Assembly: GCA_964465775.1 (NCBI GenBank)
Contig: CAYXLQ010000002.1
Location: 1 to 46,432 of the forward strand
Direction: 5' to 3'
DNA from: an uncultured Clostridiaceae bacterium
Lineage (GTDB): Bacteria > Bacillota > Clostridia > TANB77 > CAG-465
DNA: 46,432 bases
The notes under the pieces are model-generated. The model had not been told where the DNA came from. It searched no databases and saw only the letters and a program-made list of their open reading frames with translations. Both the position numbers and the translations under genes were made by a program. This document shows, piece after piece, positions 10,474-20,948 of this stretch. The number at the start of each line of letters is the position of its first letter. Within the stretch, counting starts at the first letter, position 1.

Positions 10474-11025
10474 ATGAAAGAATTAAAAAATGGAATAGAA
10501 GCAATATTGTTTGCTATAGGAAGAAGTGTAAAAATAAAAGAAATAGCAGAAACACTAAATGTAAAGTATGAAGAAGTTGAAAAGCTACTAAAAGAATTGC
10601 AACAAGAATATTCGGATAATAAAGGTATAGTTATACTAGAATTAAATGATGCTTATCAAATGGTATCAAACAAAGAGAGTTATGAATATGTAAATGCTTT
10701 TGTTATTAATTCTAAGAAACAAAATCTTTCGAATACTTGTATGGAAGTACTAAGCATAATAGCGTATAATCCTAAAATAACTAAAAGTGAAATAGAAAAA
10801 ATAAGAGGAGTAAATAGTGATTCTCAAGTCTCAAGGCTTTTAGAGTATGGATTAGTAGAAGAAGTAGGAAGATTAAGTTTACCGGGAAGACCAGCAATAT
10901 TTAGTGTTACAGAAGAGTTTTTAAAATGCATGGGAATAAAAAACATAGAAGAATTACCGTCGTTTTCTGAAATAAGTACAGAGGATGAAGAATTAACTAT
11001 GTTTAAAGATGAGGTTCAACAGTAG
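10474..11025 (+). CDS. scpB: segregation and condensation protein B
   Basis: 183 aa. IEAILFAIG N-terminus and GRLSLPGRPAIFSVTEEFL winged-helix motif. No scpA immediately upstream. Confidence 0.9.
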   Translation: MKELKNGIEAILFAIGRSVKIKEIAETLNVKYEEVEKLLKELQQEYSDNKGIVILELNDAYQMVSNKESYEYVNAFVINSKKQNLSNTCMEVLSIIAYNPKITKSEIEKIRGVNSDSQVSRLLEYGLVEEVGRLSLPGRPAIFSVTEEFLKCMGIKNIEELPSFSEISTEDEELTMFKDEVQQ

Positions 11026-11063
11026 GAAGTAAAAAATATTTAAATAATTAAGAGGGAGCGTTT

Positions 11064-14000
11064 ATGGAATTTATATGTGTGACAGGTGACGAACAAATTG
11101 ATAAAAGTAAATACATATATAACAAAGCCTTAGAGGTTACTAAAAGTTCTAAAAAGGCAATTGTTTTCGTGCCTTCTCAAGCAAGAATGATTGCGGAAGA
11201 AGAATATTTTAACAAAACAAATAAAGATTACATATCAAATATAGAAATAACAACCATTTCAAGATTTGTAACTAAAGAACTTCAGAAAATAGGACATGCC
11301 TTTAATAAAGAATATTTAACTGAAAATGCAAAAAGATTATATGTAAAAAAAATAGTTGCGGAAAATAAAAGTGATTTAGAAATTTTTTCTAAAGTTGCTA
11401 ATACACCTTCTTTTATCGATATGCTTATTTCTTATGGTGAACATATAAAAAGGCAAGAAATCACATTAGAGGATATAAATAAAGTAGAAGGTTTAGAACC
11501 ACTTAGTAAAAAGAAATTAGAAGAAATTATAAAACTTAATGATAAAATAATGAATAAAATAAAAGAAAATCATATTGATAATTTAGATGTTTTACAAGTG
11601 TTTTATGAATTATTATTGGATAAAAAAATACAATTAGATGATGTGGAAATGTTTTTTCATGGATACAATAACTTTAACAAAAAAGAACTGAATTTAATAA
11701 AAACACTTTTGCTACAAGGAACTAGGATATCGGTGTCTTTAACCATTCCAAATAATATAAATGAAGAATTAAAGGATGGGATATTTGAAGTATCATATAA
11801 AACATATGAAGACATTAAACAAATAGCAAACGATTTAAAAATAAATCTTAAAGTTATTACACCAAATATAAAGATAGATAAATCAAAAGAATTGGTCAGT
11901 TTAACAAATCAAATATTTAATGAACATAACAATAATAATAATATAATGTCGTATGATTCAGTTAATCTAAATATATATTCTAATACAGAAGAAGAAATTA
12001 CAAATATAGCAAAAAATATACTAATGGAAATAAGAGAACGGCAAGGGGCACAGGTGGCAAGATTACGCTATTTATACAAATGATTTTGTATCATATGAAC
12101 CAATAGTGCAAAGAGTTTTTAGGAAGCACAATATACCCTTTCATTTTGATAATAAATCTGAAGTTAGTAGTATAAGTTTCGTGACATATATTTTATTAAT
12201 ACTTAAAATGGCAGAGCAGGGAATAACGGTACAAGCTATAATTAGATTATTGAAAACTGGATTAACAAGAATATCTATGCAAGATATAAATTATATAGAA
12301 AACTATATTATTGAGTTTGGAATAAAAGGGTATAATTTTGAAAGGGAATTTAAGAAAAACAATAAAGAAGAACAATGGAATTTAATGAACTATGATTTAA
12401 AACGTTTGAATAGAATAAGAGAAAGTATAGTTGAAAGTATAAGCATCTTTAGCGAAAGCATAAAGAAGATGACAAATGCGAAAGCGCTAGTACAGACTAT
12501 ATATAATCATTTATTAGAAAATGATGTTATAACTAGATATACAGAAGAAATATTAACTGTTAAAGAAGAAACAGAAAAAATAGCGAGTATAAGAAAACAA
12601 ACTATAGAAAAAGTATATGATTCATTGGATAACATTGTTTCTGTTTTAAACAGTGAAAATATTGATTTAAAAACATTTATAGAATTATTTGAATTTTCAA
12701 TTAGTGACTTAGATATATCCACTATACCTATGATGCAAGATGAAATACTTATATGTGATATTAATAAAACAAGAATAACACAAAAGAAAACAATATATAT
12801 AATAGGAGCTTATGAAAATGGATTGCCAGGAAATATTATTGAAGATGCAATTTTAACGGATAATGAAATAGAAAAACTAAAAAAATCTGGACTGGATATT
12901 AAAGAAACAAGCTTATCTAGAATGAATATGGAGTTGTTTAATATATATTTTGCAATTTCAAAAGCAAAAGAAAACTTAATTATTACAGTACCAGCTTCTA
13001 AGATTACGGGAGAACCACTTAGACCAAGTATACTTATAAATGAAATAAGGATAATAAGTGGTAAAAAACTAGAAGGTGAAACAGTAGAAAACAATACTGA
13101 AAGAAAGTTTAAAAAACTAGATGGAGTAGAACTTACAAATAAAATAGCCTTTAGGAATTTACTTGAAAATATAGATATATCAAATAATATTACAGATTCA
13201 GAACTAATAAAAATGAAAGAATTGTATGACTACTATTTAAATAATGAAGATAATAAAACATATTCTAAAATATTAAATTATGTAAGAACTGATGAAAACT
13301 TAAAGCAAGAAACATTAGAAAAGTTATATGGAGATAATATAAAAAGTAGTGTTTCAAGATTAGAAATGTTTAAAAGATGTCCTTTTTCATATTATACAAA
13401 TTATATATTAGGAGTAAAGCCTAGAGTGACATATAAACTTTCTATAATGGATATGGGAACATTAATGCATGATATATTGGAAGGCTTTTCAAAATGGTTG
13501 TTAGAACGTGATATAGCATGGCAACAAATAATAAATGAAGAACCTATTAAAGAAAAGGCAAGAAACAAAATAAATGAAATAATAGAAAATGTATTTGAAA
13601 AGGGTTATAAAAAACATAAAGATACAAATAGATATTTATTTTTAAAAAGGAAATTAAAAAACAGAATGTTTAAAATTGTTTTAATTATAGCAAGGAGCTT
13701 TAATCAGAGTAACTTTAAACCTTTAGGATACGAAATAGAATTTAAAGAGGATGGAATATATGCACCTATTGAAATAATATTAGATAAAGGGAAAAAGATG
13801 CATTTAATAGGAAAGATAGATAGGTTAGATGCAGCAGTGATAGAAGATAAAATGTATCTAAGAATAATTGACTATAAGTCTTCTAATAAATCTTTAAACT
13901 TAGATGATATTAAAGAAGGAGTATCATTACAATTAATGACATATATGAGTACAATAATAGAAAATAAAAAAGTTGTTTCAAAAGATAAAGAAGTAATTCC

Positions 14001-14397
14001 TGCAGCATTAAATTACTTTACACTTACAGGAAATTTAAAAAAATTAGATGAATATGAGCAAGACGAAGTAAAGATTAAAAGAGAAATAATGAAAACATTA
14101 AAATTAAAAGGAATATATATTAGTGATTTAAAAGTTATAGAAGCAATGGATAGAAATTATAAAGATACAGGAAAATCATTTATAGACATAAATAGTAGAA
14201 ATATAAGCAATGAAGATAAAGTAATTGATAAAGAAAAATTTGAAGAAGAGTGTAAAAAAATAAAACAAATATTAAAAGACATAGGAAATGAACTTACAGA
14301 AGGAAATGTTAGAATAAGTCCTAAGAAACAAAATGGTAAGATGCCCTGTGAGTACTGCGAATACGCAGGGGTTTGTAGAAAAGGAATAAGGGCGTAA
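11064..14397 (+). CDS. addB: helicase-nuclease AddAB subunit B, reading frame interrupted by a +1 change at CGG 12039-12041 (pseudogene, error or recoding)
   Basis: ORFs 11064-12083 and 12106-14397 belong to one protein. The +1 frame is open from 12034 and reads ...GKGHRWQDYAIYTNDF... (AddB-like YRYKDIAI region). C-terminal RecB-type nuclease (GKIDRLD, IIDYKSS) and four iron-sulfur Cys (CPFSYY, CEYCEYAGVC). Joined length about 1110 aa. Confidence 0.9.
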
Positions 14398-14409
14398 GGA
14401 GGATAAGAT

Positions 14410-14664
14410 ATGAATAAAAAAAAGATTAGTAAAAAAAATAATAAAAAACAAAAAAGAAAACTTAGGAGTAACATTTTAAATTATACATTTTTAATCTCCT
14501 TACCTTTAACAATTCTATTTGCTATTCAAACTAATAAGGTTTTCTGGATACCATTTATAACTGCACTAACAATAACAATGACATCTATGATAACAATACT
14601 TATACTAGCGGTTATAAGAAAAACAAGAAAAAGGATAGAAAAGCAAAAGAAAATAAGTGCATAG
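14410..14664 (+). CDS. small Lys-rich membrane protein
   Basis: 84 aa. AAGGAGGA RBS 12 nt after the addB stop. K/R-rich N- and C-termini flank two TM segments. Confidence 0.6.
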   Translation: MNKKKISKKNNKKQKRKLRSNILNYTFLISLPLTILFAIQTNKVFWIPFITALTITMTSMITILILAVIRKTRKRIEKQKKISA

Positions 14665-14721
14665 AAAGTTGATGGAAAGATTATAATTATAATGAGAAAT
14701 AATAAATATATTATAATATAA

Positions 14722-14768
14722 AATAGATCTAAAAGTTTTTAAAACTCTTGGATCTATTATGTTTGTTT
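14722..14768. terminator. probable bidirectional terminator
   Basis: Imperfect hairpin AATAGATCTAAAAG / CTCTTGGATCTATT followed by a T-rich tract, between convergent genes. Confidence 0.45.
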
Positions 14769-14781
14769 TTAATAAATAGTT

Positions 14782-15246
14782 TTAAAAGTAGAGTCTAGTA
14801 TAGTTTCTATTATCAACTTCAACTATTCTTTTTATAAGTGCATCTTTATCTAAACCAAATGTTTCATCATTTTCTCGTTTTGTTACATGATATGATACTA
14901 CAGTACCATTTATAGTTCTAGAAGAAAATGAACCATCTTCTTTTTGCTTCATTTTCTCTTTGGCAGATGAATAATTTTGGTGATGTGCGTCAAGAGTTAT
15001 TTCAGAAACTTTATTATCAATCAATTTATATGTAAAAACGATTTTTACAGGATCTTCTCCTACACTATTATAAATTGTATATGTAACATGATTATTTGTT
15101 TCTTCTACGCTATAATGTCTTTTAGAGTACTCAGATATAACTCTTATAATAATATCTTCAGCATAAACATTTTTAATTTGTATAATTAATAATATCGTAA
15201 GTACAAGTATAATAATTAATAAAAAAAGTATAATCTTTTTATTCAT
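14782..15246 (-). CDS. hypothetical protein with N-terminal signal anchor
   Basis: 154 aa. RBS GGAGG (plus-strand CCTCC at 15252-15256). Hydrophobic N-terminus. No family recognised. Confidence 0.65.
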   Translation of the reverse strand: MNKKIILFLLIIILVLTILLIIQIKNVYAEDIIIRVISEYSKRHYSVEETNNHVTYTIYNSVGEDPVKIVFTYKLIDNKVSEITLDAHHQNYSSAKEKMKQKEDGSFSSRTINGTVVSYHVTKRENDETFGLDKDALIKRIVEVDNRNYTRLYF

Positions 15247-15586
15247 GTTAACCTCCTAAAATAAACGAAAATTATAAATTCCATTATATGGAATATTTAT
15301 ATATCAAATTATTATATATTTCAATGTTATTAAATAAATACTTAGCAAAAACAAAAAACATAATATTTATGTAACAATTTTGTAACTACTCTGGCATTCT
15401 AGTGTATAAAAGAAATAATATTCAAAGGTTATTCTCTATTTTTGTTGAATATTGTAAAAAAGAGTCGTTTAATTTGATTTTACATTGGAATATTAATATT
15501 ATTACAAATAAATGTTTTTCTGATATATATAATAATATATATGTAAAAAATGAGAAGAGTTAAAAATAATTTTTGGAGGTCTTTAA

Positions 15587-16072
15587 ATGAAAAAAAGTAT
15601 TTGTAAATTTATAATGTTAGTGATTGCTATTAGTGTTATAATGGGAAATTTACTAGCTTCGGTGTCTGCTGTATCTTTTTGCGATGATGAGAAAGTTGAA
15701 ATTATAACTAATAATGCAGTAAGTGTAGCTTCACAAGAAAGCTATCTTTATAGTGGGAATATACCCTATGAATGTTATAGCGGGTTGTTTTCTTTTACTG
15801 GAAATCGGCTTACATCCTATATATCTGTTGGAGTATCATCTACAGTAAATTATATGACTATTAAGTTATATAGAGAAACATCTCCATCTATAGCAGGAAG
15901 AACATTAATAAAATCAATTAAAATACCAACAGGTACGAGTTCTACACAATGGTTTAGAGATATTATAATAATCCCTGGTGCAAATTATAGATTACACTTT
16001 ATCCCAAGTCCTAGTGTATATACTAGTGGTGCACCAAGAGTAAATGTATCTGCAGTTTCATGGAAATATTAA
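15587..16072 (+). CDS. hypothetical secreted protein
   Basis: 161 aa. Signal-peptide-like N-terminus (MKKSICKFIMLVIAISVIMGNLLASVSA). RBS TGGAGG. In-frame CGG at codon 74 is read in the 0 frame. Confidence 0.7.
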   Translation: MKKSICKFIMLVIAISVIMGNLLASVSAVSFCDDEKVEIITNNAVSVASQESYLYSGNIPYECYSGLFSFTGNRLTSYISVGVSSTVNYMTIKLYRETSPSIAGRTLIKSIKIPTGTSSTQWFRDIIIIPGANYRLHFIPSPSVYTSGAPRVNVSAVSWKY

Positions 16073-16121
16073 TTGAAATTTAAATAAACTCTATATCTAT
16101 ATAAATATTCTTCTCGTTTTT

Positions 16122-16153
16122 AAGCTAAGCATGTAAATATGCTTAGCTTTTTT
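16122..16153 (+). terminator. rho-independent terminator
   Basis: 11-bp perfect stem AAGCTAAGCAT / ATGCTTAGCTT followed by TTTTT. Confidence 0.85.
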
Positions 16154-16425
16154 AAAACTGTACTTAAGAATTTTAAAACAAGGTTAATGGTTTGTCATAC
16201 TCAGAGAGATATTTTAAGCAAGGCATAATATTTATAACAAAACAGATGAAGAAAAGGGAGATAAAATTAGAAAAACAAAAAGTATATTAGTAAAATGAAA
16301 TAAAAATTATAGATGTTAATGATTATCAAAACTGTGGAAGATATTTTTAAATATAATTAAGATAATCTTTTATACTAAAATGTTTCATGATATAATGAAA
16401 CAAATCTGTTTAGGAGATGATTTTA

Positions 16426-17601
16426 ATGTATGGAATAGCTTTAGAAGGTGGAGGAGCCAAAGGCGCATATCATGTTGGTGCTTTAAAAGCTTTATTCGAA
16501 AATGGATATAAAATCGGAGCTGTAGTTGGTACATCTATCGGCTCTTTTAATGCTGCGGTTGTAGCACAAGGTGATTTTGATAAGTTGTATAAACTTTGGC
16601 TTAACTCAACATCTATGGATTTATTTGATATAAACAAAGAAGATTTAGAAAAACTGGTTAGCAAAAGATTAGATACAGATCTTATTAAAAACTTAGCAGG
16701 TTATATTAAAAGTATAACGCTTAATAAAGGGATTGATACAACTAAGTATAGAGAATTTATAAATACATATGTAAATGAAGAAAAACTTAGAAATTCAGAT
16801 ATTGAATATGGACTAGTAACAGTATCATTAACAGATAAAACACCTTTAGAACTATATAAAGAGGATATACCAGAAGGTAAAGTGACTTCATATATAATGG
16901 CAAGCTCATACCTCCCCGTGTTTAAAAGTGAAAAGATAGATGAAAAAACATTTATAGATGGTGGCTTTTATAACAACTGTCCTGTTAATATGTTATTATC
17001 TAAAGGGTATAAAAACATAATTGAAATAAGAACTAAAGGAATAGGAATTATAAGAAAAGTTAAGTACCCAAAGGATGCGAAATCAATAGTAATTTCTCCG
17101 AGTAATGATTTGGGTAGTATACTATTTGTTGATAAAGAACAAATAAATAACAATATTAAAATGGGATATTATGATGCATTAAAACAAATAAAGGGATTAA
17201 TAGGAGAAACATATTACATTGTTGACCCTATAGATCTCAGGGGATTTGAAATTCTTTCAAACTTAAAAGATAGACAAATAGAAAAAATAGCATCAAAAAA
17301 TATAAAAGACTTTAAAAATAAAGAAGCTAGAAAAGTGTTATTTGAAGAAATAATTCCAAGTATTTATAAGAAACTTAAGATTAAAAAACATAACACTTAT
17401 GATGAATTTTTAATTAGTTTAATAGAAATACTGTTAGCTGAAGATGAAACTGTTGAAAAATACAAATTGTATACTATAAATGAGCTTTTAAAGGCATTAA
17501 AGAAAAAAATACCATCAATGCTAAAAAAAGAGAAGAATAGTATTATAAAAAACATACATAAAGAGATGGCTTTAAAACTTATAAAAGAGATAGAACTTTA
17601 A
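16426..17601 (+). CDS. patatin-like phospholipase
   Basis: GGGAKG oxyanion motif, GTSIGS (GxSxG) and the DGG catalytic Asp motif (FIDGGF). ATG 16426 has AGGAG at 9-nt spacing. The tracked start 16417 directly abuts the RBS. Confidence 0.88.
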   Translation: MYGIALEGGGAKGAYHVGALKALFENGYKIGAVVGTSIGSFNAAVVAQGDFDKLYKLWLNSTSMDLFDINKEDLEKLVSKRLDTDLIKNLAGYIKSITLNKGIDTTKYREFINTYVNEEKLRNSDIEYGLVTVSLTDKTPLELYKEDIPEGKVTSYIMASSYLPVFKSEKIDEKTFIDGGFYNNCPVNMLLSKGYKNIIEIRTKGIGIIRKVKYPKDAKSIVISPSNDLGSILFVDKEQINNNIKMGYYDALKQIKGLIGETYYIVDPIDLRGFEILSNLKDRQIEKIASKNIKDFKNKEARKVLFEEIIPSIYKKLKIKKHNTYDEFLISLIEILLAEDETVEKYKLYTINELLKALKKKIPSMLKKEKNSIIKNIHKEMALKLIKEIEL

Positions 17602-17632
17602 AAATATTAAGAAGAAACAAAAGAGGGAAAAT

Positions 17633-18371
17633 ATGAAAAAATGTATTATAGATTTTAGGATGAGAAATAATGAAAAAGAATATATAGAATCATTAGGGTA
17701 TGAACTTATAGAAACAAGATATAATCCTTCTGTATATGATGAGATTGCAGCACATGTCGATATATTATATACAAAGATTGATGATATACTTGTATATGCA
17801 CCACGGAAATTACATTAACCAAATGGAAGATTCAAATACAATTGAAGGTGATAGTAAACTAACAAACACATATCCTGGAGATATACCATACAATGTGTTT
17901 ACAATAGGTAAAAAGGCTTTTCATAATTTTAAAAACACAGATAAAAAAGTAAAGCAAATATTAGAAAGATGTGGATATGAATGTATAGAAGTAAATCAGG
18001 GATATACTAAATGTTCTGTAGCGATGATAGATGAAGGGTCTTGCATAACATCTGATATCAATATAGCCAAAGCATTAATTGATGCAGATATGGAAGTGTT
18101 ATTTGTTGTTGAGCAGGATATAAAACTATTAAAAAGAACTAATTCAAAGGTGGAAAAACAAAATAGCATGTTTTTTGAATATTCAGATATGCAAGGATTT
18201 ATAGGCGGAGCAATGGCAACGTTTGGAGATACAGTAGTTATATTTGGAGACATAGAAAACTTATTTAATAAAGAAAAAATAATTAAATTTATCGAAGATA
18301 GAGGAAAGAAAATAAAATATTTTGAAAAACAAGAAATAATTGATTACGGAGGAGTAATTACATTAGAGTAA
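17633..18371 (+). CDS. conserved hypothetical protein, reading frame interrupted by a +1 change at CGG 17804-17806
   Basis: Overlapping ORFs 17633-17818 and 17736-18371 read as one protein if the C at 17804 is skipped (...DDILVYAP-GNYINQMEDSN...). Joined length about 245 aa. RBS GAGGGA before 17633. Family not recognised with confidence. Confidence 0.7.
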
Positions 18372-18406
18372 TAAATAAAAAAGTTTAGAAAGAGGAGAAA
18401 ATATAA

Positions 18407-20695
18407 ATGAGTAAAATACTAGAGGGACTTAACGAGGTGCAAAAAGAGGCAACATCATATACTGATGGGGCGATGTTAATATTAGCAGGAGCAGGAAGTG
18501 GAAAAACAAGAGTTTTAACATATAAAATAGCATATCTAATAGAAAAAGAGATTGTTAAACCATGGGAAATATTAGCGATTACATTTACAAATAAAGCAGC
18601 CAAAGAAATGAAGGAAAGAGTAGGGGAGTTACTTCCAGAAAGTTCAAATGAAGTATGGCTTGGAACATTTCACTCTATATGTGTAAGAATATTAAAAAGA
18701 GAGATAGAAGCATTAGGATATACAAGAGAATTTAATATAATGGATGAGATTGATAAACAGAAAACTGTAAAGGAGATAATGAAGCGATTAGATATTGATG
18801 ATAAGCAGATTCCAGTTAATAGTATATGTTATGAAATAAGTTCTGCTAAGGACAAGCTTAAAACAGCTAAGGATTATGAAGAAGAAAATGCGGGAGACTA
18901 TAGAAAGGGTAAAATAGCAGAAGTATATGAGCAATATGAAAGAGAAACAAAAAGAAACAATTCTTTGGATTTTGATGATATTATAATACTTACAGTAAAA
19001 CTGTTTAAGGAAAAGCCAGATAGATTATTATATTACCAAAATAAATTTAAATATATCTTGGTAGATGAATACCAAGATACAAACCATGCACAATTTATAT
19101 TAATAAGTATGTTAGCTTCCGCTAGTGGAAAAATTTGTGTTGTTGGTGATGAATCACAAAGCATATATGGGTTTAGAGGGGCAGATATATCTAATATATT
19201 GAGTTTCGAAAAACAATTTAGAGGAGCAAAGATTATTAAACTAGAGCAAAATTATAGAAGTACAAAAACTATACTAGATGCAGCAAATAATATAATAAAA
19301 AAGAATAGTTCTAAACTTGATAAGAATTTATGGACAGACAATGGTGAAGGAGATAAAATAAGATACTTTACTGCAAGGAATGAATATGAAGAAGGAGAAT
19401 ACATTGTAGACACAATAGATAGAATGATTAGAAATGAAAAAATGAAATATTCGGATTTTGCAGTACTATTTAGAACCAATGCTCAAGCTAGAGCTATAGA
19501 AGAAGTTTTCATGAGAGAGAGTACACCATACAGATTAATAGGTGGGTTAAAGTTCTATTCTAGGAAAGAAATAAAAGATCTAATAGCCTATTTAAAGCTA
19601 ATTCACAATACTAATGATAATATAGCATTTAAAAGAATAGTTAATGAACCTAGAAGAGGGATAGGAGAGACTACTGTTGACACTCTTACAGCAAAATCAA
19701 ATGAATCAGCTTTAAGCATATTTGGATTTATAGATGAACCAGGAAACTTAGACGGAATGAGAGCTGCTGGAAATTTAATTATATTTAGAGACATGATTAA
19801 AGAACTTATAAAAGACAAATACACACTCGGGATTACTGATTTAATAAAAAAGATCCTTCTTGTAACGGGCTATGAAGAAATGTTAGTAAAAGAAAACACG
19901 AAAGAATCTGAAGGAAGATTAGAAAATATATATGAGTTTATGGGTGTTGCTTCTGAGTTTGAAAAAGAAAATGCAGACAATTCGCTAACAGAGTTTTTAG
20001 AGAGTATAGCACTTGTTGCAGACACAGATAACCTGGATGAGGGAGAAGAAGCTGTTACACTTATGACAATGCACAGTGCCAAAGGATTAGAGTATGATAA
20101 TGTATTTATAGTTGGAATGGAAGATGGACTATTTCCATCAAAACGCTCAATGCTTGAAGATGGAGAAGTAGAAGAAGAAAGAAGACTTTGCTATGTAGCG
20201 ATTACAAGAGCAAGAAAAAACATATATCTTACAAATGCAAAACAAAGAATGTTATATGGTTCGACATCTTATACCATTCCATCTAGGTTTATTTCGGAAA
20301 TTCCAGAACATTTATATGATGATGTTTCAAAGGAAAATATTAAAAGCAGAAAAGAAAAAACCACTAGTGGATATCTTGATAATGAATATAGCAATGCTCA
20401 AAGAAAATTAGGAAGTATGAATAAAACTAGTGTTTCAATTGATGGATCTAAAAAGAACAAATTTGGGCTTAGTGTTGAAAACTTCCTTAAAAATATGGGA
20501 ACGCCAGTGGCAACTACAGATGTAGACTTAGATAAGTATAAACAAGGAATTAAAATAAAGCATAAAAAGTTTGGAGTAGGTACAATACAAAAAGTAGAAC
20601 CAGAAGATAATGACCTTAAAGTAGAAATAGTATTTGAAAATGGCCAAATGAAAAGGCTTATGGCAAAGTTTGCAAATCTTGAAATTATTGATTAG
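18407..20695 (+). CDS. pcrA: ATP-dependent DNA helicase PcrA (UvrD family)
   Basis: 762 aa. AGAGSGKT, DEYQDTN, VGDESQSIYGFRGA, TMHSAKGLEYD and YVAITRAR motifs. Confidence 0.95.
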   Translation: MSKILEGLNEVQKEATSYTDGAMLILAGAGSGKTRVLTYKIAYLIEKEIVKPWEILAITFTNKAAKEMKERVGELLPESSNEVWLGTFHSICVRILKREIEALGYTREFNIMDEIDKQKTVKEIMKRLDIDDKQIPVNSICYEISSAKDKLKTAKDYEEENAGDYRKGKIAEVYEQYERETKRNNSLDFDDIIILTVKLFKEKPDRLLYYQNKFKYILVDEYQDTNHAQFILISMLASASGKICVVGDESQSIYGFRGADISNILSFEKQFRGAKIIKLEQNYRSTKTILDAANNIIKKNSSKLDKNLWTDNGEGDKIRYFTARNEYEEGEYIVDTIDRMIRNEKMKYSDFAVLFRTNAQARAIEEVFMRESTPYRLIGGLKFYSRKEIKDLIAYLKLIHNTNDNIAFKRIVNEPRRGIGETTVDTLTAKSNESALSIFGFIDEPGNLDGMRAAGNLIIFRDMIKELIKDKYTLGITDLIKKILLVTGYEEMLVKENTKESEGRLENIYEFMGVASEFEKENADNSLTEFLESIALVADTDNLDEGEEAVTLMTMHSAKGLEYDNVFIVGMEDGLFPSKRSMLEDGEVEEERRLCYVAITRARKNIYLTNAKQRMLYGSTSYTIPSRFISEIPEHLYDDVSKENIKSRKEKTTSGYLDNEYSNAQRKLGSMNKTSVSIDGSKKNKFGLSVENFLKNMGTPVATTDVDLDKYKQGIKIKHKKFGVGTIQKVEPEDNDLKVEIVFENGQMKRLMAKFANLEIID

Positions 20696-20787
20696 AACAA
20701 ATATAAATCAGTAAAATGGAAATAAGAATAAAAAGTTGGCAAATGTTGCTAGCTTAGATAGAAATTTATAAGCATAATAAAAAAGTT

Positions 20788-20826
20788 AGAGCTATAACAA
20801 TTTTAAGGTTATAGTTCTTTACTTTT
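20788..20826 (+). terminator. rho-independent terminator after pcrA
   Basis: Stem AGAGCTATAAC / GTTATAGTTCT (one G-U pair) followed by TTACTTTTT. Confidence 0.7.
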
Positions 20827-20948
20827 TAAACCGTAGGTTTAAAACTGAAATCAACTTAATTATTTATTGCAAATAGGTCCAAACTGTAGTAGACTATAAA
20901 AAATTATAAGGATTTAAATCTTAAAAAAATATTTATGGAGGTCTAGAG

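Noticed and set aside
18407-20695. PcrA as a displaced AddA partner for the orphan addB
   Set aside because: It is 762 aa with the UvrD/PcrA motif set and no C-terminal RecB-type nuclease domain. AddA proteins are about 1200 aa or more and carry that nuclease.
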